Origin: Eledone cirrhosa
Taxonomy: Eukaryota
Assembly: GCA_964016885.1 (NCBI GenBank)
Contig: OZ024743.1
Span: forward strand, 256,680,001-256,744,000
Direction of reading: 5' to 3'
DNA length: 64,000 nt
Shown here in pieces: positions 1 through 11,890 of the stretch. Under the pieces are notes generated by a model. The model saw nothing but the letters and a program-made list of their open reading frames with translations. It had not been told where the DNA came from and ran no database searches. Position numbers and translations under genes: made by a program. Within the stretch, counting starts at the first letter, position 1. Each line of letters begins with the position of its first letter.

Positions 1-540
1 CGAGTCCATCGTGAGGATCACCTCGCCGCCTACATTTAAGAATGAAGGAGAGGCGGTCTTCCTCTGTCTGGTGGGTATGGCGAAAGAAGTAATATGTTGG
101 ACGAGGTTAAAAGGACTGAGGGCAAACACCTTTCTCTCATCCCTTTCTTAAGTTCAACGTCAGAACGAAGGTGAGAGTGGAGAGAGAGGTGCTACACCCC
201 AGTAAATACGCTGAAAGGTGGGTGAATGTGGCGAAAATGGCCCGTGTGAATGGGCCTTTTCTGTATATAAACATGTAGGTTGAGGAAGACGGGAACACCT
301 ACAATACGTGTTCCTGGTGTTGAGGGTTGTTCTATTCACGGGGTGTAAAACAACCCCGCAGTAGCCCCCCCCCCCTAATGGGGATTTCAATTGTTTTATT
401 TTTTATATAGTTTATTATTATCATTGTTAAATATTTTATGTAAAACCCCGCCGTCACATCTTGTAATGTCCCATTTCTGTGAGCCCCTGTGGCAAATAAA
501 GAAAGATATCTATCTTTCTATCTATCTAATCTATCTATCT
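1..540 (+). mobile_element. 3' end of an L1/Tx1-clade LINE (ORF2 C-terminus, 3' UTR, poly(A) signal, (TATC)n tail)
   Basis: Frame 2 reads ESIVRITSPPTFKNEGEAVFLCLVGMAKEVICWTRLKGL and, after a frameshift, FNVRTKVRVEREVL..KYAERWVNVAKM, resembling Tx1-type ORF2 C-termini. AATAAA at ~494 is followed by a TATC microsatellite tail. Confidence 0.65.
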
Positions 541-799
541 ATGTTTTGTATATTTTATTGTAGTTTCTTTATGTCGTGTTTTTTCTTATTCTTCCTGTAG
601 AAGTTTTGATATAGTTAAAGTGATTTTTATCAAAACCATTCTCTAGTGGTTCTACCCATCTCGCTTTTGTTACATTGCAAAATGTCGTAATAAACAAATG
701 AACATTGAATAAAAAAAAAATTAAAAGGAAAATTGTAATTAACTTAAAAATATTAATTGCAGTTTTAATCAATAAATACATTTAATTTGCTATAATTAT

Positions 800-1400
800 C
801 TTTCTTCTCCCTCTTTCTGTCTCTTATTATATCTCTTTATCTTTCTCTATTTCTATAGCTGTCTCTGTCATTATTTTCCCATCTCCTCTTTTTCTTTCGA
901 TATATATCACTCTATCTCTTATTACTATTTCATATCTAGTTTTCTGTTCTTATCTCTCTTTCGAATTATCTCTATCTACTTTTCTCTCTCAATCTCTTAA
1001 ATTCCATCATTAACTCTCTATTACTGTATTTCTATCTTCTCTATATCTCCCTCTCTATTTATAGCTTTCTTTCCCGATATATCACTATCTTATTTTCTCT
1101 CTAGAATTCTGGAGTGGAACGGGGTTTCTTTTGTGGTTTGTGTTGATATATATTTTCTTTGTCATAGGTTTATTTTTTTAAGATCTTCCAATGAAAAGAG
1201 ATAACAAATTTTGAAATAGTGAATTTTGATGATGATGTTGTCGTTGGTAGTGGTGGTGATGATCATGATAATGATGGTGATTATGGTAATGACCGTGATG
1301 ATGATAATAATGTTGATATAGATGATGATGGCAATGGTGATAAAGTGATGGTGATGATGATGTTGATGGCGATGTTGTGATGATGATGATGGTGATGATA
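800..1400. repeat. Low-complexity CT-rich tract (800-1100) and degenerate (GAT)n tract (1225-1400)
   Basis: Directly visible simple repeats. Confidence 0.85.
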
Positions 1401-1992
1401 TTAACGATAATCTAACTTATCATGACTCCACTTCCCTATGTCCCACAATGGGACTGATGATGGAAGGCATTTTCAAACAAAAATGACAGGAGAGTTTCTA
1501 ATAAATGAAATGAGATGTAATAATGTGTATTGCCCTCTGATGAATTGACAAAATTGGTAGAGCGTCGGATAAAATACACTGAGGCATTTGGTCTGAATAT
1601 TTGGTGACTGGGTATATTGAATTACTTAAAAAAGTAAACATTACATTTTGTCCAGGATAGTATTTTGAACATGTGCTGAACCAATTTGATTTCACTTTTT
1701 AATTTAGTACCACATGATATGTAATTTCTCATGGTTGACATAATAGCAACAGTAATAGTAGACATACACACAGACAGGCTATTTGTTTTATATAGAGATA
1801 TGTTTGTGTTTATGTGTCTGTATCGCATAACAATATCGATAAAATAAATAGAAAGCTTGGGATAAATACGTTCAATTATTTGAAGATGGTGCCCTAGAAT
1901 GGCCACAGTCAAAGGAGTGAAACCTGTAATTGAATAAAAGTATGTATGAAAGCTTCTTAAGAAAGGGATGAAATGTTTTAAACCTTTATTTG

Positions 1993-2752
1993 TCTGACAG
2001 AATCAGTAGAGTGTCGGACAACATGCTTAGTGGCATAAGGTTACGGCCTTTTACATTCTGAGTTTAAATCCCATCAAAATTAGTTTTGCCTTTCATCCTT
2101 ACGAGGTCGATAAAATATAGTACCAGTTACGCACTGGGGTCGTTTAATTGCTGGCCTTGTGCCAAATGTAGAAATAATTATGCCTGTAAATAGGACGGTG
2201 GATTGGCAGTCATTAGAGCATTGAACAAATATTTAGTCGTATTTGTCCCTGCGTTTTATGTTTGAGTTGAAATCCTACCTCGTCAACTCTGCTTTTCATC
2301 CTTCCGGGTTTAATAAAATGAAGTATAATTCAAGTACTATGGTTGATTTAATCAGCTTTGCCCTTCCCCAAACGTTTTCTGGCCTTGGGTCTAAGTTAGA
2401 AACCGCTAATTTACTCTCATGCCTATTGATTTCTCCTGCTAATGAATCCCAGAAATAACGTGTCCGGGAGAAAAAGGCAGAGTGAAAAAATGTCACAGAA
2501 GAAAAGGTATTCATTATGTCGTTAATATATAAAAAATGTAAAGTTTGTGGATTGGCAGAATTAGTAAAACGTCGAATAAAATTCCATTACAGTATTTGTT
2601 CTGGTTCTTTACATTCTGAATCCCACCGATGTCAATATTGCCCTTCGTCCTTCCGGAGTTGATAAAATAAAGTATCAGTCAAGTACTGGGGTCGATTTAA
2701 TCGACTTTGCTCTTCCTCCAAATTGGCTTCCCATGTCTAAATTAGAAATCAA
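1993..2752 (+). mobile_element. Three head-to-tail tRNA-derived Nin/Deu-domain SINEs (~1993-2180, ~2193-2410, ~2546-2752)
   Basis: Each has a GGATTGGCAG..GTAGAGCGTCGG-like head, a B-box-like GAGTTCAAATCC and a core close to TTTGCCTTTCATCCTTHCGRGGTCGATAAAATAAGTACCAG, which matches the Nin/Deu SINE domain as I recall it. Confidence 0.85.
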
Positions 2753-3124
2753 TATGTAAAAACAATGTGTTGTCAATTAAAACTGTTTTATCGCTTTAAA
2801 TGACTTGTTTCTTGATATATATATATATATATTTGAATCTCACCAATACACTTTTTGCACTAATTCAACGGATCGTATTTTTTTGTTCATCTCTTATGTT
2901 CTTCTGCTCCACACCTCCGTGTTCGACCTTGCGCATGCGTGCAGCAATTCATGTACCTGGGTTTTACAACTAACGATAATCATACAGTACGCCATTATCG
3001 CCTCCACAGCTCCTCTGACCATTTCATATTCTTATTTCTATTTTCATGTGTATTACATAGACCCATAATTCCTGATGAAGTCCAACAGGTGCCAAAGTGA
3101 CAAACAGTGTGGCTTGAGTACTTT

Positions 3125-3290
3125 CAACATGGTGGAGACCGGTCCCTCTGCAGGTCTGAACACAGTTGATTTCTTTTTTAGAGAGGGAGGAAAAGGAAGT
3201 GAGAAAGAGATATTAAAGAAGGATTGACCCTAGTACTTGACTTGTACATTGTTATCAACCCCAAATGGATGAAAGGCAACATTGATGGAA
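3125..3290 (-). mobile_element. SINE variant with CTGAACACAG-containing tail
   Basis: Reverse Nin-type core (..atcaaccccaaatggatgaaaggcaa..) plus a tail shared with 3860-4100 and 44830-45060. Confidence 0.6.
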
Positions 3291-3584
3291 AAGGATTTAT
3301 GTTGACAAGCCTCTCAGTGCTAAGGGCTTTTGGTGTTTAAGCCCGACCAATAATGTGTTTCTATATACCTGAGCTTTTTATTTTACACTGATTTTCTATT
3401 TATTCTAAATATGTTAGTATGATCAAGTTTTTAATTTCTTTCTTATTCTTGCATTGGGGATAAAAAGCGGGAGCTAATAATAATAATAATAAACATGTGC
3501 GGTATATATTCTTAAGCCCCTTCCCAATCCCCAGACTGTAATGGAAACTATGATCGGGAGTAACACTACCATATATTAACAAAA

Positions 3585-4300
3585 TATTAAAGCTTGCAAA
3601 GTCTACTGTGGAAAAAATATGCGATAATAAAAACGGAATTAGCTCACGTGCTCAAGTAGCTACTTCGTTACCTGCTCGCACATTAGATTTTCATAGGTTT
3701 CATGTGATGTTTAACAGAGAAAATTTCTTGAGTTTATGATCAACGTGAGATTGGACGTAATGTGCAATACATACATTAGACCATTTGACATAAAATGTAA
3801 ATGGACTATAGTCATTCACGCGAATGCTAAAAGTGTGTATGGCTATTTAAAACTGGCGGAGCCCATCCTCTCTTCAGGTTTGAACACAGCCGATGTCTTC
3901 CAGAGAAGAATAAATGGAGGGAGTGACAGATTGGAAGTGAGGAATATATATAGACAAAGATCGACTCCAGTAATGAGCTAGTACTTTTTTATTGATCTTG
4001 ACAAGATGAAAAACAAAGTTGTCCTCGGTGGCATTTGAATTCAGATTGTATTCAGCCAAAATGATTACCGCAAAGCAATCCGTTCTACAACTCCGCTGAT
4101 TCACTGCCTCCGAGAAACTTTAATAAACACGTTAAAATGACTATTGAAGCTGCTAGTCTTGGTACAATAGTCGTCACTAAATTATCACGAGGAGCTGAAG
4201 AGAATAAACGTTAAAGGAAGTTACAAACCAGAAAGAGTATACAATGTTGACGAAACAGCTTTTCTTGAAACGCATGCCTATTAAAACTTTAATTTCAACC
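3585..4300 (+). mobile_element. Decayed Tigger/pogo (Tc1-mariner) transposase fragment, split by a SINE at ~3860-4100
   Basis: KLAKSTVEKICDNKNGISSRAQVATSL..IHANAKSVYGYLK (psq-HTH/CENP-B region). After the SINE: ELKRINVKGSYKPERVYNVDETAF..KRMPIKTLIS (the N.DETG.FWK.MP DDE motif). Confidence 0.8.
3860..4100 (-). mobile_element. SINE inserted in the Tigger fragment
   Basis: Reverse Nin core (gatgaaaaacaaagttgtcctcggtggcatttgaattcag). Confidence 0.7.
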
Positions 4301-4534
4301 CCATTTCTTAATGCTTCCAAGTTGTTCTCGTGCATTAAAAGTAATTGTCATACATGATTCATTTTTTGTTGTTCTTGTTTTTGTTCGTTCGCAATTAAAA
4401 AAAGAAAGCACGTTGAAACGCATTTCAATTGATAACATGTTTCGCGTTATGGAATTTAGCACTACAGCAAAACTTCTCAGTAACGCAATATTTCTGTAAA
4501 GTGGAAGAAGCCGGTATATGCATTTAATAATAAT

Positions 4535-4800
4535 AATAATTGTTTCTACTTTTGGCACAAGGCCAGCAATTATCCAGTGTATTACTGGTACTTTATTTTA
4601 TCGACCCCGTAAGGATGAAAGGCAAAGTTAACCTTGGCGGGATTTGAACTCAGAATAATAATAATTGTTTCTACTTTTGGCACAAGGCCAGCAATTACCC
4701 AGTACATTACTGGTACTTTATTTTATCGACCCCGTAAGGATGAAAGGCAAAGTTAACCTCGAGGGGATTTGAACTCAAACCATAATAGGACGTAACTATG
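4535..4800 (-). mobile_element. Two tandem young SINE copies (4535-4655, 4660-4800)
   Basis: Near-identical ~120 bp repeats attgtttctacttttggcacaaggccagcaatta..ggatttgaactca. Confidence 0.9.
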
Positions 4801-5520
4801 CTAGAATAATAATAATGATTTCTTTAATGTTATATTTTATATAGTAATAATTCAAGTCAGTCACATATGACATAGAACTTCTACACCCAGTTAACACCCA
4901 CACACATACATTTAACTGTTCAGAAATAATATTCAACAATAGACTGCCCTGTTTAAGATTCAAGTAAATAAAACAAACAGACGATACTTGAAGAAACATT
5001 CATACTTTTATCATCGTGTCTGCCAATCTGGTTGAAACAATGTAGCTCTTTTAGAGAAACGAATTGAAATCCTACAAATGTGAATTTTACCTTTTATCTC
5101 TCTCGAGTTGTACAGATTAATTACACTTCAAATGTATCAATTTATCACCTTGACAATGCTGTAAATTGATATTTAACAATAGTATTCATATCTCCTTCTC
5201 TCATGCTTTCTCTCCCCACACCACATATGTACGTATATTTGTATGTGCTCGTGTGTTAATGAATGAATGTGTAGCGGTTGTCTCCCTTGTTTGGTTTAAC
5301 ATCTAGACGGGAAGTAGAACCTTTTCTGTAACTTCCGGTCAGAACCCTATAAAACTAACAACTCTAAGTTCTCACTCTCTCACTGCCTTTTCGGCACCAG
5401 GCCAAGAGCTTCTCATTTGGCTCTGCCTGTCATTTGGCCAACAGGCGTCTGGCCTTAGCCAGGCGTCCTCAACCATGCCTCGTTTTGTTACATTCATACT
5501 ACCCAGTACTCTCGCTATAT

Positions 5521-5538
5521 TGGTAACCCTGACGTGAT
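5521..5538 (+). promoter_or_regulatory. Primer-binding site (tRNA-Trp type)
   Basis: TGGTAACCCTGACGTGAT differs at 2 positions from TGGTGACCCCGACGTGAT, the complement of the eukaryotic tRNA-Trp 3' end. Confidence 0.8.
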
Positions 5539-6419
5539 ACGAACACGCAGCCGTTCATCGCTATAAGTGGTCACCCCCAAAAAAAGAAAAAATAGCACAT
5601 CTGGTTTTGTGTGAGTATCATTACGAAGACAGCAAATTTATCGACAAACTATGAAAATACTCAAGGACACGCACACACGCAAATGTGGAATTCGCACAGA
5701 CAGACTTTTTCTCTCACGCATCAACTAACTGTCGCATTTCACCAATATATATATATGTTTCTCGTTTCTTACAACGAACACTTTCAAAACAAAAAAAAAA
5801 AAACATTTCACGATATATATATATGTTTCTCGTTTCTTACAACGAACTCTTTCAAAACAAAAAAAAAAAAAGAAATTTGATATTCTTTAAAAAACATTTC
5901 AACAGGAACATTTATTTTCGATGAACCATTGCCTTTTTGTTCATCGTTTTCTTCATCGTTCAAGTTTTTTTTTCCAAAGTTCACACCAATAATTATGCTG
6001 AGTGAAGCCTTTCTTTTTCATCATTGTCACTTTCAAAATTGCACTATCATTTTCTCGCGCGTTAGAAATATTATTTTTTCAACCTTGTATTGGCACGTGT
6101 AGGCAGCACAAATTCTCGACTCACAGAGATAGCCGCACGCCAGAGATAACATTTCTCGCCAAGGATTCTTCAGCCTTAAGCTATATTCTTCTATTTGCCG
6201 GTTTATAAATTTACAATGTAAATTTACCGTTGATAACCGCGCATTTATTAAGAATGCTTATTTCTCTGGTCGCTGGCCTCTTGACCCTTCCAGGTCAACG
6301 CATTCTCAACATCGACCATCAACTTCGGCTGCTATTTCTAGTACTTTGCGCAACTCATTTTTTCTAAAAAATAAAAAAAAATTTTTTTTACTGTGAATTT
6401 AAACACCGAATACGCTCAC

Positions 6420-6660
6420 TCAGCGAGACAACAGCAGCAGCAACAGCAACAGCAATATAACAGCAACAGCAATACAGCAGCAACAGCAATACAGCAGCAA
6501 CAGCAACAGCAATATAACAGCAGCAACAGCAACAGCAACAGCAATACAGCAGCAACAGCAATATAACAGCAGCAGCAACAGCAATACAGCAGCAACAGCA
6601 ACAGCAGCAGCAACAGCAACAGCAACAGCAATACATCAACACAGCTTCACCAACAACCAA
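6420..6660. repeat. (CAG/CAA)n imperfect trinucleotide array inside the LTR element
   Basis: cagcaacagcaacagcaatacag.. repeated over ~240 bp. Confidence 0.9.
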
Positions 6661-7399
6661 AGCCAGAGAATTTATTTTTGAAGCACTCTTCCTGTGAGAA
6701 AATCCATTCGAAGGTTGGAAATTTCACGACCACAGAACAGAGACCACCTGCATTCATTCTCTGGAATACACTTTCTTTCCTGCTGTCATGTGATTGCACA
6801 CCTGTGAACTATATTTTGTACATTTGAACTTTGAGCCCTTCTCTTACTTTACTACCTTGATATCTATCATTGATTTTTGCAAACATTCTTTTGTCGTAAT
6901 TTTCATGCCTGTTACAACATTCTCGCCAACTTGCTACATATTTTCATTTCGATTTTTATACACTAAAATTCTGGCGGGAGGTTATGTAGCGGTTGTCTCC
7001 CTTGTTTGGTTTAACATCTAGACGGGAAGTAGAACCTTTTCTGTAACTTCCGGTCAGAACCCTATAAAACTAACAACTCTAAGTTCTCATTCTCTCATTG
7101 CCTTTTCGGCACCAGGCCAAGAGCTCCTCATTTGGCTCTGCCTCTCATTTGGCCAAACAGGCGCCTGGCCTTAGCCAGGCGTCCTCTGCCAGCCGCGTTT
7201 GCCTGGCAATCAAAACGGTAACTACTAACTTTGTTTCATTCTATCATCTATTTCTTTGACATGTCAACTATACTATCTACCATTGTTAATTAAATATTAT
7301 CTACAAACAAACAACGTATTCCTTGTTACATTCATACAACCCAGTAATCCTCGCTATAAATGTGTCTCTATATTTACGATTCTAATGTACGTTTAACAA

Positions 7400-8829
7400 T
7401 CTGTCCTGTGTGTGCCGAGGAGGCTTGTGTGTTCCGTAAATCCAAGACAGCGTTACCGTCTGGAGTCTTGCTATTTGAGCCACCCTAAGCGGGCCAGCCT
7501 CCCGGGGAGGTTCCAGACCAACAGTGACCCGTGGCGTAACTGCGCGCCGCCAAGATGGCAGCCCCAATATCCGACTATTCTGCGGAGGGCCAACAACCAG
7601 TCCGAAGAGCCTGTTAAGAACCGACCAGAAGAAGCCAGACTGCGAAACAACGAAACGGACCCCTGCATGCCCCCACTAACGAGAAATTGATTCGCCCCAT
7701 AAAATTTGCGTTGCCACATAGAATGTCCTTTCGCTTCCCCGCCCCGCGGTAGCCACCCTACTGTCCCGAGGGCTATCACACTACAACATCACATTGGCAT
7801 GACTCTGTGAGACACGCTGGCTTGGCAGAGGGGAATTCATCACTTGAGACCACTGCCTCCCCTGGAATGGCCCCATATAAGTATAGAGCGGGCCTCTGTG
7901 GTGTGATACTGGCCCTCCCAAGCACGTCCGCAAGTCACTCATCAGCTTGAACCTGGTGAGTGACCGTTTGCTGTCCACCCGTTTGCTGCACCGGCACGAG
8001 GAGATGACTATCATCGTTGCCATTTGACCCTACAGACGTCGTAGAGGATACTGTCCAGGATGACTTATACAACCAGCTTCAACAGGTCTTGGGACAAATT
8101 CCACCCCAGGTTGCGAGCAGACTCTGACACCAAGTACCAGCTCCACCCTGACCCATCTTGTCTCCGCAACCCTATCATCGCTTCTACATTTGCGTTCTCC
8201 ATCGTCAATCACTTCAGCGTCCTGGACGAGACCGACAACTGGGAGATCAAGCGTTAACTAGTCTTCGTGTGACGTCCTAGTAAACTCAGAACCTCTTCCC
8301 AAACGCCCTGGATTTCACCACAGACGCTGGAGATAATTAACTGTCGTCGCAAGACTCGCCTGCGTGGCGACTTGCACTCTCCATGGAAACCCCTTTTAGG
8401 TAAGTTGGGTTAAGACACTGCTGATGCATGTCGGCAATGAACCGGATCCTCCTCCACTTCATATTGGTCCCAACGCCGTGAAGTGTGTCAGCCATTTCAT
8501 TTACCCGGGCTCTACTGTGACCAGCAATGAAGATCTGACTATCAAAAACATCAGATTGGGCAACCATGGGTCCAACAAAGTGTTACGTGCGCGCACGCAT
8601 CAGCCCACAGAATCCCGCCTCATAGCTATACGCCGCTTGTGCTGGTACGGACAAATGCTCATCAGGGAAGATCTCTGGAGGCTCTACATCACCCTGGAGG
8701 ATGCAGAGGAGCCGGGGCGGGACCATCAGTGATAGAGGGTACTGATGGACCCGGTTGCCTCTACGCACGACGATGCTTTGGGATCGCTGGCTTAGAATGA
8801 CCTCAGCCTCGTCGACCAAGAGCAAGAAG

Positions 8830-8830
<1 letters not shown>
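7400..8830 (+). mobile_element. Heavily internally deleted RTE-clade LINE retaining 5' UTR and both ends
   Basis: RTE-type 5' UTR (gaggcttgtgtgttcc..gccaccc..ggggaggttccagac). APE remnants (LCETRWLGRGEF, DDLYNQLQQVL, PWISPQTLEII) and RT/C-terminal remnants (VSHFIYPGS, RRLCWYG). Ends in a (TG)n tract. Confidence 0.75.
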
Positions 8831-8832
<2 letters not shown>

Positions 8833-8909
<77 letters not shown>

Positions 8910-8925
8910 ATATATATATATATAC
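8833..8925. repeat. (TG)n followed by (TA)n microsatellite
   Basis: Directly visible. Confidence 0.95.
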
Positions 8926-10499
8926 TCAAGTAAGCAGGCAATACCGTTGCTAGATAACACTGATTTCTGGCAAGACTAAAAGTATTTTATAAGGAGATAT
9001 GCCCTAGCTCTACCTTCATTTTGGGTTATGTGAATTAAACATTTTCGAAGGCTTTTGGCCGGTCGCCGTTTTCGATGGAACACAGTGAAAAATTCGATAT
9101 GATTTTGTCTAATGAGCTGACAACGATTTACATATTCATTAAGTTTTATTCATATGGAAAATATATCTACTTAGCAAAGATGTTGATTGCTGAGATGTGT
9201 TTGGTTAGTGTGTATTTTATGAGGTGGATATATGATAGTTGTAGGAAACTTGATACGGACCCCCCCCCCCTTCCCCATCTCCAAGAAGTATCAACAAGGA
9301 AACAAAACTACTAATTCAGATGTTTCCACCTCTGCAATGGAATGAAGACTAGAGATTTGGTCTGAATATACCCCTATGTGTCATCATAGCTATTTTAGTC
9401 CGTGCTGTTGAGACTCGGCCTTTTCGTAGCCATATCAAATTTAATCGAGCCATAGTTTCGCTACATTTTTCCCCGAGCCAGGCAGCTCAGAAAGCAAATA
9501 ATCGAACAGGAGATTAAGAAAGAGAAAGGTTAGCCTTGCTAGTGTATGGGTTGAATATGAAGGATCGAGATCTTTGCTGGCTGAAGACATATAGTGCATG
9601 GAGAGCCTCTACGTAGTTATGATAGCCGCTACAGTAAATACAGTCAGTTTAGACTAGTTTGAAGTTTATTTGTGACCGTACGGTGTGCCGCGGTATCGGC
9701 AAGTGTATACGTGATATGCAGTGCTTTATGTTGACGTGGATCTAGACAATTGTGTGGGTCGACAGATTCTCCATACTTCAGCAAACTAGATGATGTTCGA
9801 GAAAAAAATCATATCTTGCAAATTCCAAAATCACCAATTCTGCTTACCAAATGTGGCCTGTTTGGCTCCCACTCGTGCAAGCTTTCGTTCGTTTCTTGAT
9901 AGAGATGTTGGTTGGTGTGCGTTCGTTTGTATGTGCTGAAGCCTCATTGAATGAGGAAAGCAATAAGGACCAATATGGAAACAGAAATACTAATTTAGAT
10001 GCGTTTATTTCTTGCCAAGAAAGAAACAATGTGGCAAAGAAGATAACAGGAGTAGGAAAAGTTTTGAAATAAGAAAGAGTGTGTTTTCGTTAACATGTTG
10101 CTAAAATCTAGAGGTAATAAATAAGAGTATTTCATTGAAATCTATTTATGGATTTAAGTGTAGTGGAATTTGTAATTGAGGTACATTACAGAGTGAATGT
10201 GGTAAAATGCTTGGCTGTAGTAGTGTCTCACTGACCAGCACTGACACAGCTAAACGTCGATAACTGACACACCTCAGCGACAAATGTGGTGACAGAGTGA
10301 GGAAGTGAGGCAAAAGATTTAGGCGTAATACACCCCTACGTGACATCATAACTACATACGTCAAAGTCGTTATAGTTTTTTTAGTCTGTGTTTATGAATA
10401 TGGCATGATACGAAAATGTGCCGACAGGTCACACTTTCTTACAGATTTAACCCAGCTATAATTTTGCTACACGCATATGAAGTTTGAAGCCTACAAACT

Positions 10500-10795
10500 A
10501 GTTGGTTTTGTGTTGGGTTCAGTTTCGCTGCGTAGCAACATTAAAAAGTGTCTACCCCTATAGCCTAGAATTAACCAATGCCTTATGAATCGAATTTGGC
10601 AAATGGAAACTGCAGAAGTCCGTCGTATGTGCATGTATGTATGTGTATTATGACCTATAACTAGCGGTTTGACAAAACGTAATCGATAAAATAAGTTCCA
10701 GGCTTGGAGAAATAACTTCTGGGTGCGATTTGATAGGCAAAAAATAGTGCACTAGCATGGCCGTTGTCTAATGACTAGAATCAATTAAAAAATAG
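10500..10795 (+). mobile_element. Second SINE family (octopus-type, gggttcagt..gccttgtgagtggatttgg..ggaaactg..aagcccgtcg consensus)
   Basis: Degenerate match gggttcagtttcgctgcgtagcaac..ccaatgccttatgaatcgaatttggcaaatggaaactgcagaagtccgtcg, then a cgataaaataag..gcatggccg..taatgact tail. Confidence 0.65.
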
Positions 10796-11339
10796 ATACA
10801 GACACACGATGCAAATCATTATATTGGATTAGTTATAACGTAAACGGTTATGATGTTTTAAACATGAATTATAGAGATTAATAGTGTTCTATCGACACAT
10901 CATATCTGGGTTCACATTACCAAATAAATGATTTATCAACATCATTATTATTGTTGTTGTCATTAAGGTAATTACAACTAATTATTACTGAATGTTTATA
11001 TTCTGGGTGAGAAGATTCTGTCTGAGGTGTGAAAAAACGGAATTTATTACGAACATTCTCCTAAACTTACTTTGATTGCAGTTAATTCTATTCTAAGTGA
11101 CATTTTTAGTTTCACCATTTAAGTATATGATCTTATTAAAACAGTCCATTGTTTCTATTAAAGAAGACAGCCATAGTTATATACAAAATCTTACTGTGTT
11201 GGTGAACAGGTTAGTGAATTGGCTGAGTCGTTACAGCGAGTGACAACATTCCTCGTTATTTCCAGGAACAATTATTTAAGATCTTTGATAAATGGACAGG
11301 ATATATTGTTAGTATAAATAATTCTTATACTGATTTGGC

Positions 11340-11890
11340 AGAGATGTTCTGAGTTCAATTGCCACTGATGTCAACTTGCCTTTTATCATTCCGGGAGTGA
11401 TAACATAAATTACAAGTCAGGTACTGGGGTCGATGTAATCGTCTTTTCCCTCCTCACAAATTACTGGCCCTGTGTCTATGATGGTGGACGTAATGGCGGT
11501 GTATTGGTAGAATCGGTAGAGCGTCGGATAACGTTTTAGGATATAGAGTTACGTCCCTTTATGTTCTGAGTTCAAATCCCACGGAGTCTAGTTTTGTAGA
11601 AATAATTATGTTGGTGGACGCATTAATGGCAAAACGGTAAAGAGGAACACTTGACAGCCATGAAATTCGGTGTATCATCTTGGGCAAGTTTCTTTTTTAA
11701 TATAGCTTCGTGTTGACCTCGTAAGTGAAACTAGAGAGACAGAATACAGCCAAACGAGAGAGAAGACTAACCACTAATACTGGATTCCCGAAAGGATAAA
11801 AGACAGATTTGGCCTCGGCGAGATGTGAACTGAGAGAGCAAGGAACCAGAACAAATACCTCCAAGCACTCTACCAACACCGTAACTCCTC
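11340..11890. mobile_element. Cluster of SINE fragments (11340-11480 +, 11495-11610 +, 11780-11890 -)
   Basis: Nin-type cores and heads as above. Confidence 0.7.

Larger units (their letters stand above)
5270..7358 (+). mobile_element. Complete non-autonomous LTR retrotransposon (Gypsy-type, TRIM/LARD-like): 5' LTR 5270-5519, 3' LTR 6985-7358
   Basis: Both LTRs start TGTAGCGG and end CGCTATA. PBS TGGTAACCCTGACGTGAT follows the 5' LTR, PPT-like CTGGCGGGAGG precedes the 3' LTR, and AATG is duplicated at 5266-5269 and 7359-7362. No gag/pol ORF inside. Confidence 0.92.

Noticed and set aside
6388-6660. Poly-Cys, poly-Leu or poly-Gln ORFs
   Set aside because: Translations of a CAG/CAA array inside a non-coding LTR element.
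9500-10490. Possible mariner-like or other DNA-element remnants
   Set aside because: No terminal repeats or transposase motif could be established by eye.
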